Shown piece by piece: positions 30,002 through 40,466 of a stretch of DNA of 64,000 nt. The position numbers and the translations under genes were made by a program. The stretch comes from Candidatus Bathyarchaeota archaeon. GTDB taxonomy: Archaea > Thermoproteota > Bathyarchaeia > Bathyarchaeales > Bathycorpusculaceae. The stretch is from contig OY970280.1 in NCBI GenBank assembly GCA_963715865.1, forward strand, positions 672,001-736,000, given 5' to 3'. The notes below the pieces were generated by a model. It did no database searches, was not told the origin of the DNA, and was given only the letters and a program-made list of their open reading frames with translations. Numbering within the stretch: position 1 is the stretch's first letter; every line of letters begins with the position of its first letter.

Positions 30002-30676
30002 GTGTTTCGCATGAAAATTGTCGATGGAATTTATCAAGTAGACGGAATCAACGGCAACGTGTACCTTCTTGAGGATGGAGAGAAGCTTATTTTAATTGAT
30101 ACTGGCTTGCCTCGGAGCCACAAGAAAATAGTAAAGTATATCGAAAGTCTAGGTCGCAAGCCAACAGACGTTTCCATAATCGTGTTAACTCACTTTCACA
30201 TTGACCATGTTGGAAGCGCCAAGAAAATGAAGGAACTCACCGATGCCAAGGTAGCTGTTCACGAGTTTGATGCAGATATTGTTGCTGGAAAGAAGGCGCC
30301 GCCTAAACCTAAGAATTTGATGTTTAGAGCATTTAGTTCAGTTGTTAAACCTGCACCAGTTGAGCCTGACTTACTTCTGAAAGAATACGATAAAGTTGGA
30401 AGGTTAAATGTTATTCTAACAAGTGGGCATTCTGAAGGAAGCATTTCACTTTTAGATACTGAAAGAAAAGTCATGTTTGTCGGCGATGCCCTTAGGTTTG
30501 TAGATGGCAAGATTACGGCTCCACCTGAGCAGTTTACGTTAGATGCCGATAAAGCAAGGGACTCTATAGGAAAAATTTCAACTTTTGATTTTGATGTTAT
30601 GCTTAGTGGGCATGGCCAACCGTTGATGCCTGACGCGTCGCAAAAAGTGAAGGATTTTTATGCTAGTTTGAAGTAG
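30002..30676 (+). CDS. Metallo-beta-lactamase fold hydrolase
   Basis: LIDTG, LTHFHIDHVG, GHSEG, GDA, SGHG. Confidence 0.9.
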   Translation: MFRMKIVDGIYQVDGINGNVYLLEDGEKLILIDTGLPRSHKKIVKYIESLGRKPTDVSIIVLTHFHIDHVGSAKKMKELTDAKVAVHEFDADIVAGKKAPPKPKNLMFRAFSSVVKPAPVEPDLLLKEYDKVGRLNVILTSGHSEGSISLLDTERKVMFVGDALRFVDGKITAPPEQFTLDADKARDSIGKISTFDFDVMLSGHGQPLMPDASQKVKDFYASLK

Positions 30677-32367
30677 CAGTCTTTGCTGAACCGTTTTCTA
30701 AGCACCCGTTTTCAGAATAAACGTATTTTTTACCTCTAAGCGCTGAGAATACTGCTGCGGCGAAACATAGTATTGCTGCAATTATGAAGGCTTGTGTTAG
30801 CGCTGTCATGAATGGCGAAGCAATAGCATTCGGGAAGAAGGTTTGACCCTCCAAAACAGTTAGCGTGTGCTGTGGCAAGCTTGCAGCTACAGTTGGACCC
30901 ATACCTTGAAGTAACGTGCCTATAGGATTGTAGCCGAGGAAAGCAGCGAAAAGTGCGCCTGAAGCAGGCGTATGACTGAATGCTGCTGCAATTTGCGTTG
31001 GAGCACCTGCGCTGGCTACTGATGTTGCAAGTGCTGCTGGTAGGGTGGCATTTAATGATATTATGATTATGGCGAAGAATATTGCTTGGCTGATGGTTTG
31101 TCCACAGTTCTGAAGTGTTGCCCGCATGCCTGATGCAGCGCCTCTGTGTTCTGACGGACAAGAATTCATTACTGAAGCCATGTTTGGTGACATGAAAATG
31201 CCGTTGCCTATGCCCATGACTAAAAGTATTATTGCAAAGGGCAAATAATCAAAGTTAGCAGGCAACAGAGTGAACGCTAAGAATGTGATGCCTGTAATTA
31301 TCATGCCAGCCGTCGCCAGCACTCTTGCGCCATGCTTGTCAGATAGCCAACCGCTCAAGGGGCCAGTGAGGGCTATGCCTATTGACATTGGAATCATGAA
31401 TATTCCAGCCCAGAACGGTGCTGAGTCGTAGCTGAAACCGTGAAGAGGAAGCCATATGCCCTGCAAGAGCACTATGAGCATTATCATTATTCCGCCTCTT
31501 GAAATCGCACTTAGAAAAGTGGCGATGTTGGCTGTGGCGAACATTCGGTTTTTGAAAAGGTCAAGCTTAAACATTGGGTCAGGCACATGGCGTTCAATGA
31601 ATGGAAACGCTACCAGCAGTGCCGCTCCGGATACAAATGAAGCTATTACCCATGGGTTGCTCCAGCCCATCGGTGAATTACCGTATGGTATTAACCCGTA
31701 AGTTATGCCTAGCAAAATCAGGGTTAAGCCTGCACCGAAGGAAATGTTGCCCCAAACATCTAATTTCTGCTTTTTCCTTACGATATGTTGTTCTTTCAGT
31801 TTCCAGTATGACCATATTGTTCCGATGACTCCTACTGGAACGCTGACTAAAAAGACTAAGCGCCAATCAAAAACAGCCAGGATGCCGCCTAAAACTAGGC
31901 CAATAAGTGAACCTGCCAAGAAAGCTAACTGGTTTATTCCTAATGCTTTGCCACGTTCGTTTTCTGGGAAAGCGTCAGTTATTATTGCAGCGCTGTTTGA
32001 GAAAAGAAATGCTGCTCCGACACCTTGAACTAATGCGGAAGACTATCAGTTCCATGGCTCCAGCATCGCCAACGTTTGGAGTTAGGGAGAGCAGTATTGA
32101 GCCGACTGTAAATATGGCAAAGCCTAGGTTGTACAGTTTTACCCTGCCGTATATGTCGGATAGTCTGCCGAAAGTTACTAGCAAGGTGGCGGTTACTATG
32201 CTGTAGCCGAACATTATCCATAATAGGTACTGGAAAGATGAGAATGGGTCAATGCTTATGCCTCTGAATATTGCGGGCATAGCGATTAGCACTATTGTAA
32301 CATCGATAGAAGCCATAAGCGTGCCGAGAGTTGTGTTCGAGAGTGCTACCCATTTGTATTGTACCAT
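30663..32367 (-). pseudogene. MFS transporter (DHA2-like) split by one frameshift
   Basis: 31975-32367 and 30663-31919 are consecutive parts; deleting one base in CGCATTAGTTCAAGG near 32030 restores [10 protein letters not shown]. Confidence 0.8.
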
Positions 32368-32413
32368 AATTTTGATCAGACTATCTTTTTCTTTCGGCTA
32401 AGTGCTGTGCGGA

Positions 32414-33286
32414 TTATAAAAAGTTTGCTTGAGAGCTTGGAGCTTTCACAACTTTAAGTTGCGCTTTTGTTACTGTATCCTTTAATTGAACAGCGGTGTT
32501 CCCAGAGTTCCTAGACTGCAAAAGCGCTTGCAAGGTCTTATGGCATTTGCTGCACTCGAACATTGAGTTCCCACATGAAGGACAGAACAATTCTTGCTTA
32601 AGCATGCGCTCCAAAAGCGTTAACAATTCCGCTTTGTTTTGCAGTTCACGAGTACTCTCTTGCTTTAAAGCCGGCTGCTCAGCGACTTCTTTTTTAACTT
32701 GCGCGTTTCCGCTTGAAACGATTTCACTGTAAACTTTGGCAATGCTGGCTTTCCCTTCGCGCAGCCTCTGCTTGTCATCTTCACTTGCTTTTTCCAGTAT
32801 TTTTTTGCCTCTTTCAAAGGTTCGGGTTGAAACGCCTGCTTTTTTGGCTACGGCCTCAGTTGCTTTAGCCTTAAACTCGGGCTTAGCGTCATCTGGCGCT
32901 AACCCTAACTGCAGGTTTCGCCCGTTTTTGCCGCCTTTAGCCTGCCGCTTTTTCGCGAGCGCTTTTTCAATCTCTAACAATGGCACCGCTAACTCTACGA
33001 GCTGAAAATTGTTCAAGTGGCGGCGCCTAAGGTTTGTTTCAATTACGAATTTTTTTTCAAGCAGTTTATCTTCAAACTTGCGCACTTCAAAATCTGGCTC
33101 AATGCCCAGTTCGGTGCATGCGCGGTACCTGTGGTGTCCATCTAAAACTTCTAAGTCCTCGTTCACTGTTATTGGGTAGTGTTGGCCTTCTGCTTGTATG
33201 GATGCTTTGAGCTCGGCGAATTCTTCCTCAGACATTTTCGGCAACAGTTTTTCATATTCAGGATTAAAGCGTAAGCTCATGGACAT
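32414..33286 (-). CDS. ParB-like N-terminal domain protein with HTH and putative Zn finger
   Basis: LKASIQAEG...PITV...VLDGHHRYRA, NLRRRHL, AVAKKAGVSTRTF, CPSC...CSKC. Confidence 0.8.
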   Translation of the reverse strand: MSMSLRFNPEYEKLLPKMSEEEFAELKASIQAEGQHYPITVNEDLEVLDGHHRYRACTELGIEPDFEVRKFEDKLLEKKFVIETNLRRRHLNNFQLVELAVPLLEIEKALAKKRQAKGGKNGRNLQLGLAPDDAKPEFKAKATEAVAKKAGVSTRTFERGKKILEKASEDDKQRLREGKASIAKVYSEIVSSGNAQVKKEVAEQPALKQESTRELQNKAELLTLLERMLKQELFCPSCGNSMFECSKCHKTLQALLQSRNSGNTAVQLKDTVTKAQLKVVKAPSSQANFL

Positions 33287-33799
33287 CGCCGTTGTCTGGT
33301 ATTTACCTTTTGTATGTTATTATTATTTAAGGTGAAGGGTACAAGCGTTTCTATGTGGCATTCTGCTTAAAGCTGAGCCTTGGAATGTTGTCTCATGGTG
33401 CAATCACATATTCTTTTATTTTTTCTTGAGGTTGATATGTATGCGTATGAAAACCCGCGTAGCTCGTTTGGCAGATCATCAGTTAACCGAAAATGCGACT
33501 GGATCTCTCTCCTCGCTCTTCCTGAATTACTTTTAGTTTGTCGCATTAGGTTAACATGGCTGGTTCGCCAAACCATACTTTTCGTTAAATAAGTAGAAGA
33601 AGTGTGCAAATGTCCACTTATTTTAAAAGGTAGTTCTATACCTGCTAGTAAAGTAGATGAATCGTTAAACCACAAGTATTATTAAACAGCATGCACCTAA
33701 CTTCTATCAAACTAATAAAAAATTAAAAATCTCATCATTGCGAGAAACACTCGCTTTATGTGATTTAACAAATAATCAAATAAAATCATTAGGAAGTGC

Positions 33800-34963
33800 A
33801 TACTTACGGGAACATCCCAAACATTTACGATAAAGTACGTTGTACATGCCAGATTTGAAATTGAAGGCGTAGTAGAAAAACCCGATGTTATAGGCGCAGT
33901 TTTCGGTCAAACAGAAGGACTTTTTGGACCTGAACTTGACTTAAGAGAACTCCAAAAAACAGGACGCATCGGAAGAATCGAAATTGATTTACACTCAAAA
34001 AATGACAAAACCACCGGCGCAATAACCATCCCGACTAGTTTAGATAGGGTTTCAACGGCGCTTATTGCTGCAAGCATAGAAAGCATTAATCGTGTCGGTC
34101 CATGCTCGGCTAAAGTTAGCTTGGATAAAATTGAGGATGTTCGTGAAGCACGCAGAAAAATAATTATTGACCGAGCAAAAGAAATCCTGCATAAATGGAC
34201 TATTGAGTTAATGCCAAGCGTAGATGAGGTTTACAAAGAAATCTCTGATACCATGAAGATTGGCAAAGTGGAAAAGTACGGTCCGGAAGATTTGCCTGCT
34301 GGTCCAGGTTTAGAAAGTGCTAAAGAAATTATTGTTGTTGAAGGACGCGCTGACATAATCAATTTGATGCGTTGCGGAATCTTTAACACTGTTGCTCTTG
34401 AAGGCGCCAAAGTTCCTGAGTCAATAAAGAAGTTGACTAAAGAAAAAACAGCCACTGCATTGCTAGATGGTGACCGAGGAGGCGACTTGATATTAAAAGA
34501 GTTATTGCAGGTTACGAGTGTCAAGTTTGTTGGTCGCGCTCCAAGAGGCAAAGAAATCGAGGAGTGCAACTGCAAAGAAATCACTGAAGCTCTAGAAGCT
34601 AAGGTTCCAATGACAGAGGTTTCAGAGGTTTCTAAACCTAAAAAGCCTGAGCGTATCAAGGTTGAGGTTCCAGAAACCATAAGCCAAGCTACAAAAGCAT
34701 TACAGGGCACACTTGAAGCAGTTTTACTCAACGATAAGCTTGAGTTGATTGAGCGTTTGCCAGTAAGCCAGCTAGCAGAAAAGCTTCAGCAAGTAAGCGG
34801 TGTTGACACAGTAGTTTTTGACGGCATCATTACCCAGAGAATCGTTGATATTGCCGGCGAGAAAAACATCAGGCGGATAGTTGCTTCCCGAGTTTCAGAA
34901 GCCGTAAAGCCAGCGTTAAACGTTGAATTGGTAACTTTCCAAGACGCAATTCCTCAAGCCTAA
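33800..34963 (+). CDS. dnaG: Archaeal DnaG-type primase (5' end extended beyond ORF track)
   Basis: In-frame KYVVHARFEIEGVVEKPDVIGAVFGQTEGL upstream of 34121; TOPRIM VVEGRAD and DGDRGG; start codon uncertain. Confidence 0.93.
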   Translation: MLTGTSQTFTIKYVVHARFEIEGVVEKPDVIGAVFGQTEGLFGPELDLRELQKTGRIGRIEIDLHSKNDKTTGAITIPTSLDRVSTALIAASIESINRVGPCSAKVSLDKIEDVREARRKIIIDRAKEILHKWTIELMPSVDEVYKEISDTMKIGKVEKYGPEDLPAGPGLESAKEIIVVEGRADIINLMRCGIFNTVALEGAKVPESIKKLTKEKTATALLDGDRGGDLILKELLQVTSVKFVGRAPRGKEIEECNCKEITEALEAKVPMTEVSEVSKPKKPERIKVEVPETISQATKALQGTLEAVLLNDKLELIERLPVSQLAEKLQQVSGVDTVVFDGIITQRIVDIAGEKNIRRIVASRVSEAVKPALNVELVTFQDAIPQA

Positions 34964-37347
34964 ATATAATCCATTAAGCTTCTGATTTCTTCACTTTCTT
35001 TCATTTTCCTTTTAATCAGTTCTTCTTCGGTTACATCAAAAAATCCGAGTATCCTAGCTGCCGCAGGGACTACTTGATTGGTTACATAGTAGTCAACGTC
35101 TATTTCATCATACTTGGCGAAAACGTAAGGTTTCACGCGATTGTAAAATCGTCCTTTGCCTGCTAGTATGACGAAGCCTACTTTGTCGCCGCCTGTTAAA
35201 CGCCACCCCTTTTCCTTAAGCATTTTTGCCGCTTCCACATGCGGAGCTTTAACAGCGTATTCTTCTGGCGGTTTAGTCAGTGTTTTCCAAATTATTAGGT
35301 CACGGAACGGAACTTTCCTTTGCTTTAGCGCCGCTATTACGGTATGTACGTAGTCAATTGCATTCTTAGGCGACTGCTCCTTAAGAATTATTTCAAGAAC
35401 GTGCTCTTGCACTTTTTTAGCTACTTCCGCCCAATCGCCCCGAATTACTTCTAACCCAACAATGTCTAAACTGCCATCAAGCCTTAAGCCTGCATACCGT
35501 TTTTTGGCTTCAGTGAAGAAAATACGCTTGTAAACCTCGCTGACTTCTACTTCTAAGCCTAAATTCTCATTAATCTCGGTTTGCAGTTCAAGGATTTTCT
35601 CTTTGTCATTAGTTAAGAACAGGCTGTCAGTGTCACCGTAAATAATCGTTAATCCTTTTTCTTCAGCTAAATGAGTGGCGCTTAAAATGGAGTGCCTACC
35701 CCAAGCTGAAGCTGCTTCGGCTACTGGTTTAATGTACCATCTTGCGCCAATCCAGCCAGCATAGCCATAGGTAGCGTTTGTTATGATTTTTACAGCTTTT
35801 TGCCTCGCATCCAAGATGCTGTATTCAACCGTGCTGGGGCTTAAAGTCTTCATTTGTGCCCGTATTTTGTTTCTTACTTCTATTAGGAACGTTAATGCTT
35901 CCTTGTAGAATCCGGGCGGTGCTTTGCGGAATCGGTGCTTTACTTCTGGCGTTTCGTAAACTCCACTTGGCGGTTCAGGTTCCTCTGGTGCAACGTATGT
36001 GTCAGGCGATAAATTGTATCTTATCATTATGTTAGGGTACATTGATTTGAAATCTAAAACCGCTATGTTATCATGCAGTCCAGGTTTTGGTTTAAGCACT
36101 AACCCTCCAGTGTAAGGCTGATAGAGCTGTTCTATTCGTTTGGGGATTAGTTCGCCGATTTTCCGTGTTTGCTTAATTAGAAACCATTCGACCCTAAAGC
36201 CCACAGCTGCAGTCATAACGTGGTCTAATGGCAGGCTCACTAAGCGTGATAGTTGCATTGCGAAATCCAACAGCAACATTGCGGAGCCTTGGATTTTACG
36301 AGCGTTGTTTAAGCTGAACTGTTTAAGCGCTTCTCTTTTCTGCGGTTCGTCCCAGTAACTGGCAAATTCAATATCTTCAATTTCATTGCTTGATTCGTTT
36401 TTCATTACGCCTAAATGGTAAGCTAAGTTGGAAAGGGTCTTAACCTTCACTTCTGGAAAAACATCCATAAAATCAGCAAAATCAACATTAGCCATGCCCG
36501 TGAAGGAAACGTGACCATAAACGCTGGTATGTGGTTCATTTCTTGCGCGGTCAACATCAAATGTTCTTTCAAGCCTGTGACTTCTTTTTATTAGGTAATC
36601 CCAATCTTGAGCGTTAGCGCCAAAACTAACGATGATATCAGGATCAAACTGGCGAACATAGGCAACAAACTGTTGAATAACAGGCTTATCATTTTTTTCG
36701 TTGCCTGCTATAAACTGCTTTTCTTCGCCGTTGCTGGCAACGCTGGATATTATTACTACAGGATTTCTATCTGGTTTGGGCGAGCCTTCACGACTATAAC
36801 TGATCATTGAAAAACTGAGGATTCTGAGCAGGGGCTTGTCGACACTACCAAGCTGTTTTGGAATGGACTCTGCAGCATAAACCTTATTCACTTTTACGCC
36901 TAACACGTTTTCTTCTTCATCGGCGTCTACTTCATGCCATGCACAGGGGGTCACATTATTGTCGATTAGGTACCGCATAGGAATGCGAATATCATCTTCG
37001 AGGCAATCTTTTACCCCTTCGAACCCTCGAAGTTCCCTTGCAAGCTTTCCTATTTCGATTGCGTTTTTGCAGGAAACTTTTATTGCCTGCACGGGTTTGC
37101 CGAAGAACCTGCGCTCTGATAATTCCGCCTTCACTATTGATGAGGGATAAGCGTTCATGATTTCCTGTGCAGTTTTCGACGGGTCAAATCCTTCTTTAAT
37201 CGCAACGTAAAAGTAAGCAGTAAAGTTTCTGTCAATAACGAGCACTCGGTTTTTGTTTGCGTCAATTCCCCAAAGCCACAATTCAACAGTGCCATTTTCG
37301 ATTTTTGGGTTAATGTCTAGAAGCCAAAAAGTGATTTTCACAGGCAA
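34960..37347 (-). CDS. polB: Family B DNA polymerase (B3-like), exonuclease motifs degenerate
   Basis: DFKSMYP, KIITNATYGY, YGDTDS, KKRYAG. Confidence 0.95.
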   Translation of the reverse strand: MPVKITFWLLDINPKIENGTVELWLWGIDANKNRVLVIDRNFTAYFYVAIKEGFDPSKTAQEIMNAYPSSIVKAELSERRFFGKPVQAIKVSCKNAIEIGKLARELRGFEGVKDCLEDDIRIPMRYLIDNNVTPCAWHEVDADEEENVLGVKVNKVYAAESIPKQLGSVDKPLLRILSFSMISYSREGSPKPDRNPVVIISSVASNGEEKQFIAGNEKNDKPVIQQFVAYVRQFDPDIIVSFGANAQDWDYLIKRSHRLERTFDVDRARNEPHTSVYGHVSFTGMANVDFADFMDVFPEVKVKTLSNLAYHLGVMKNESSNEIEDIEFASYWDEPQKREALKQFSLNNARKIQGSAMLLLDFAMQLSRLVSLPLDHVMTAAVGFRVEWFLIKQTRKIGELIPKRIEQLYQPYTGGLVLKPKPGLHDNIAVLDFKSMYPNIMIRYNLSPDTYVAPEEPEPPSGVYETPEVKHRFRKAPPGFYKEALTFLIEVRNKIRAQMKTLSPSTVEYSILDARQKAVKIITNATYGYAGWIGARWYIKPVAEAASAWGRHSILSATHLAEEKGLTIIYGDTDSLFLTNDKEKILELQTEINENLGLEVEVSEVYKRIFFTEAKKRYAGLRLDGSLDIVGLEVIRGDWAEVAKKVQEHVLEIILKEQSPKNAIDYVHTVIAALKQRKVPFRDLIIWKTLTKPPEEYAVKAPHVEAAKMLKEKGWRLTGGDKVGFVILAGKGRFYNRVKPYVFAKYDEIDVDYYVTNQVVPAAARILGFFDVTEEELIKRKMKESEEIRSLMDYI

Positions 37348-37438
37348 CCGCCTATTGTAGCATAGAACAAATTCGCCTTTAAACCTTTAACGAGCGAACA
37401 GTGGCGAATCACCCGCGTAAACTCCCCTTTTTCTTTTT

Positions 37439-37672
37439 TTGGAGGCTTTTAGCTTGGTTAACACTAATCGGGTTAAGCGTAAATTGCCAAGTCTTTTAGT
37501 GGATGGTGTTACAACTGAAAAAAAGGGCTGGAATAATCTAATGCGTTTTCGTTACCGTCTTGAGCGATTAAGGAAAAATAACCCTGAGAAATTCAATACT
37601 TTAACGAATAACCTTATTGCTGATTTAACTGAGTTTGAAAAAGCAGTAAATACTAAAATATTTCAAGCCTAA
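37439..37672 (+). CDS. Small hypothetical protein, paralog of 54055-54504
   Basis: KRKLPSLLVD...KKGW...RYR...NPEKFN matches KRKLPRLLVD...KKGW...RYR...NPKKFN. Confidence 0.55.
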   Translation: MEAFSLVNTNRVKRKLPSLLVDGVTTEKKGWNNLMRFRYRLERLRKNNPEKFNTLTNNLIADLTEFEKAVNTKIFQA

Positions 37673-37879
37673 TAACCATTAACTTACTATTACTTGCTTT
37701 TGAATTAAACTTGATACACCTGTCCAAGTTCATAGGTTTTATAGACTACCCTAGAATAATGCATACAATGCCTCAGCCTAAACCGTACTCAGATCCAATC
37801 AGTGAAAAACATACTAGAGCTAAATATGTTGGAAAAAAGAGCTAAATGAGGAGAAGAGGGAAAATAAGTAGACTACGGC

Positions 37880-38971
37880 TTATCTGTTAAATTTTAGAGG
37901 ACCTAAATGTTTTTCATTTTTTCTTAAGAATGCACTTTCTACGCCAGTTATGACAGCCATTACTGAAACAGCGCCTTGCAGCTCCTTATCGACTCTTGCT
38001 CCCCAGATAATCTTTGTTTTTGGTGGCAATGAACGTTTCATAATTTCAGCAGCTCGATTGACTTCGGTAAGCGTAAGATCTTCTCCGCCTGAAACATGAA
38101 TGAGTAAGCCCTTTGCCTTTGTTACATCCTCTATATCAAGCAGACGTCCGTTTAGAGCTTTTTCTACCGCTTGTTCGACCCTAGTTTCGCCGGTGCCTTC
38201 GCCAATGCCTATTGAAGCTAATCCTGAGCCTGTCATGATCGCTTTTAAATCGGCATAGTCCATGTTTATTAGGCTTGCAGTTGTGATTGTTTCAGTTACT
38301 CCTTTTATGAATTTGCCGACGGTTGTGTTAGCTACGCCTAAGGCTTCTCTAAATGGCAAGTTTCCAGCAACTTTTACGAGACGGTTGTTGTCAATCACTA
38401 CAACGGTGTCGCATGCATCTTTTAATCGATTTAAACCCTTCTTTGCTGCAGCCATTCTTGCTGTTTCAACATCGAATGGAAGAGTGACAACGCCTACTAT
38501 CAAAGGCGCCATTGGATTTCCAGCAGTCTTCTTGTGCAAAGCATCAGCTAAGCCGACAATTGCTCCAGTTCCTGTTCCTCCGCCCAAGCCCGCTACCATG
38601 AATATAATGTTCGATTTTGATAACTCATAGATGACTTCGTTTGCGGACTCGTATAGGGCTTTTTCTCCTACTTCTGGATAACCTCCGCTGCCAAGACCTC
38701 TAGTCAATTTTTCGCCTATTAAGATTCTCTTGTCTGCTTTAGTAATTTTGAGGTGTGCTGCATCTGTATTTACTGCTACTAGTTTGCCACCTGTGATACC
38801 TTTTTCTTTGACCCATGTTATAACGTTGCATCCTGCTCCGCCTAGGCCGACAGCGACTACTATTGGTGCAGCCATCCTTGCAAATTTTTCGATTTTTTCT
38901 TCTTGCGTCTCCCTGTATGGTGTTTCCGTAAACTCAAAAGGTGCCGGTCCGTTTTGTTCAGATTCTGATAT
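37880..38971 (-). CDS. ftsZ: Cell division protein FtsZ
   Basis: GLGGAGCN, AVNTD, GLGGGTGTG, NMDYAD; probable start ATA at 38971 (first ATG at 38875). Confidence 0.95.
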   Translation of the reverse strand: MSESEQNGPAPFEFTETPYRETQEEKIEKFARMAAPIVVAVGLGGAGCNVITWVKEKGITGGKLVAVNTDAAHLKITKADKRILIGEKLTRGLGSGGYPEVGEKALYESANEVIYELSKSNIIFMVAGLGGGTGTGAIVGLADALHKKTAGNPMAPLIVGVVTLPFDVETARMAAAKKGLNRLKDACDTVVVIDNNRLVKVAGNLPFREALGVANTTVGKFIKGVTETITTASLINMDYADLKAIMTGSGLASIGIGEGTGETRVEQAVEKALNGRLLDIEDVTKAKGLLIHVSGGEDLTLTEVNRAAEIMKRSLPPKTKIIWGARVDKELQGAVSVMAVITGVESAFLRKNEKHLGPLKFNR

Positions 38972-38977
38972 TTTCTT

Positions 38978-39020
38978 ACCCCCTTTAGTGTATCTTAATA
39001 GTTATGATATTGTATATAAA
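38978..39020 (-). promoter_or_regulatory. ftsZ TATA box and Shine-Dalgarno
   Basis: TTTATATA at 39020-39013; AAGGGGGT at 38985-38978, 6 nt before the in-frame ATA. Confidence 0.6.
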
Positions 39021-39159
39021 TATTGTGAGTAAGGATTCTAAATGCATATTTGTAAAACACATATACATAAGTGCAGTGTTACACGTTTCGTAATATACCT
39101 TATATAGCTTATTTTCCAAATAAATCACTCAACAATTAGGTTTCGAGTCGGGATATTAA

Positions 39160-39567
39160 ATGAAAAAAATCAGGCTAATGAAAAAATTCATGAAGAATTT
39201 TGTTGGAAAGGGTATTAATTTAGTTATCAAGGAAAAAGACGGCACCTTCAAAGTCCACACCATTGAAATTATGCAGAAAACAGACGATACTTGCCCTGTT
39301 AAAGAAATAGCAATAGGAGATTATTTTCTGCGTTTAGTGGCTACAAATCCTCAGGGCCGAGAAGCTTCGATAGTCTGCAACTGGACAGACGATCTTTTGG
39401 AAAATCTCATAACAAGATACAAAGACGCCAAGGATGCAAACTCTTCAGAAATAACGATGTTTAAAGACCCCCAATCTATCAATTCGAACAATTGGCTCAT
39501 TACATGGAGCGATCGCAAACAGGAAGAGCAGGAGCAAAAAAGCGATCCAATACGTTATATTACTTAA
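39160..39567 (+). CDS. Hypothetical protein
   Basis: Clean 135-aa ORF, no motif recognised. Confidence 0.65.
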   Translation: MKKIRLMKKFMKNFVGKGINLVIKEKDGTFKVHTIEIMQKTDDTCPVKEIAIGDYFLRLVATNPQGREASIVCNWTDDLLENLITRYKDAKDANSSEITMFKDPQSINSNNWLITWSDRKQEEQEQKSDPIRYIT

Positions 39568-39611
39568 GATAACCTTTCCTATTTAATACCTGTAATCAGT
39601 GCAGAAAAATA

Positions 39612-40181
39612 CTACCTATAATAATTAGGGTCTTCAATCAGGTTTGCCATTGCGAATCTTTCTGCCAAAATTTTGTCTGTAAATAGGCTGTCTCTTTTCA
39701 TTCGTTTTAGTTCTAGGTTTGTTCCCTGTTTCAACAGTTTTGCGGAAACTTTTTTCTCTGGTCTTGGAAATCCTATCGATTGCATTTTTAATGGATCTAT
39801 ATGTGTTCTTATTGAAACGTTTTTGTACCAATGTTCTGCTGGAGTTTTTGGTTTTGCGTTTACCCAAGCTATTTTTTCGTGTTCAATTTGTTCCTCGAAT
39901 TCAGGGAATTCGGGTGAATTTTCATCTAGGATGTGACCGAGCTCGTGTCTTATTATTAATTTAGTTGTGTTTGTCAGCTTACCAGCATCTATGTCTCGTC
40001 TGGCGGCAATTTTAATGTCTTTATCAGTGACTTCTGATACTCCTCCAATTTCGTAAGCATTCAGAGCCTTTATCTCAAACATATCTAGTCTTTTTACTGC
40101 TTGATCACCGTACTCACCTTTTAAGAAAAATCTTGCATATTCTTTTATTTGTTCCTCTAGCCTTTTTGCAGTTGTTTCCAA
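39612..40181 (-). CDS. Hypothetical protein with HExxH zincin motif
   Basis: IIRHELGHILDE with downstream EHE; TTG after GAAGGA. Confidence 0.65.
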   Translation of the reverse strand: METTAKRLEEQIKEYARFFLKGEYGDQAVKRLDMFEIKALNAYEIGGVSEVTDKDIKIAARRDIDAGKLTNTTKLIIRHELGHILDENSPEFPEFEEQIEHEKIAWVNAKPKTPAEHWYKNVSIRTHIDPLKMQSIGFPRPEKKVSAKLLKQGTNLELKRMKRDSLFTDKILAERFAMANLIEDPNYYR

Positions 40182-40466
40182 ATTCCTTCTCCTTACTCAA
40201 GTCATAAGTTACAATAAAATTGCTTTAATGACTTGTTCCACATGCCGGATTATTGTGATTTCAGTAATACCTTTTTATTTTTAATTGAAAAATTGAGTCA
40301 TAGCCAAATAGAGAGCGCTCCAAAACGGTTTACGATAATTCCAAGTATCTGCAAAAAAAACAAGTAACGACCAAAACTCATAAAAGATTTAACCGATCTT
40401 GATAAAGCAGTTTAGTCTATCCTTTAATTTTTCTTTTTTTAACCCTTACTTAAAAAGAGGTGATAG

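Noticed and set aside
33290-33790. Long intergenic region near dnaG as a replication origin
   Set aside because: No ORB-like repeats seen and no orc1/cdc6 in the window; the short ORFs there are unsupported
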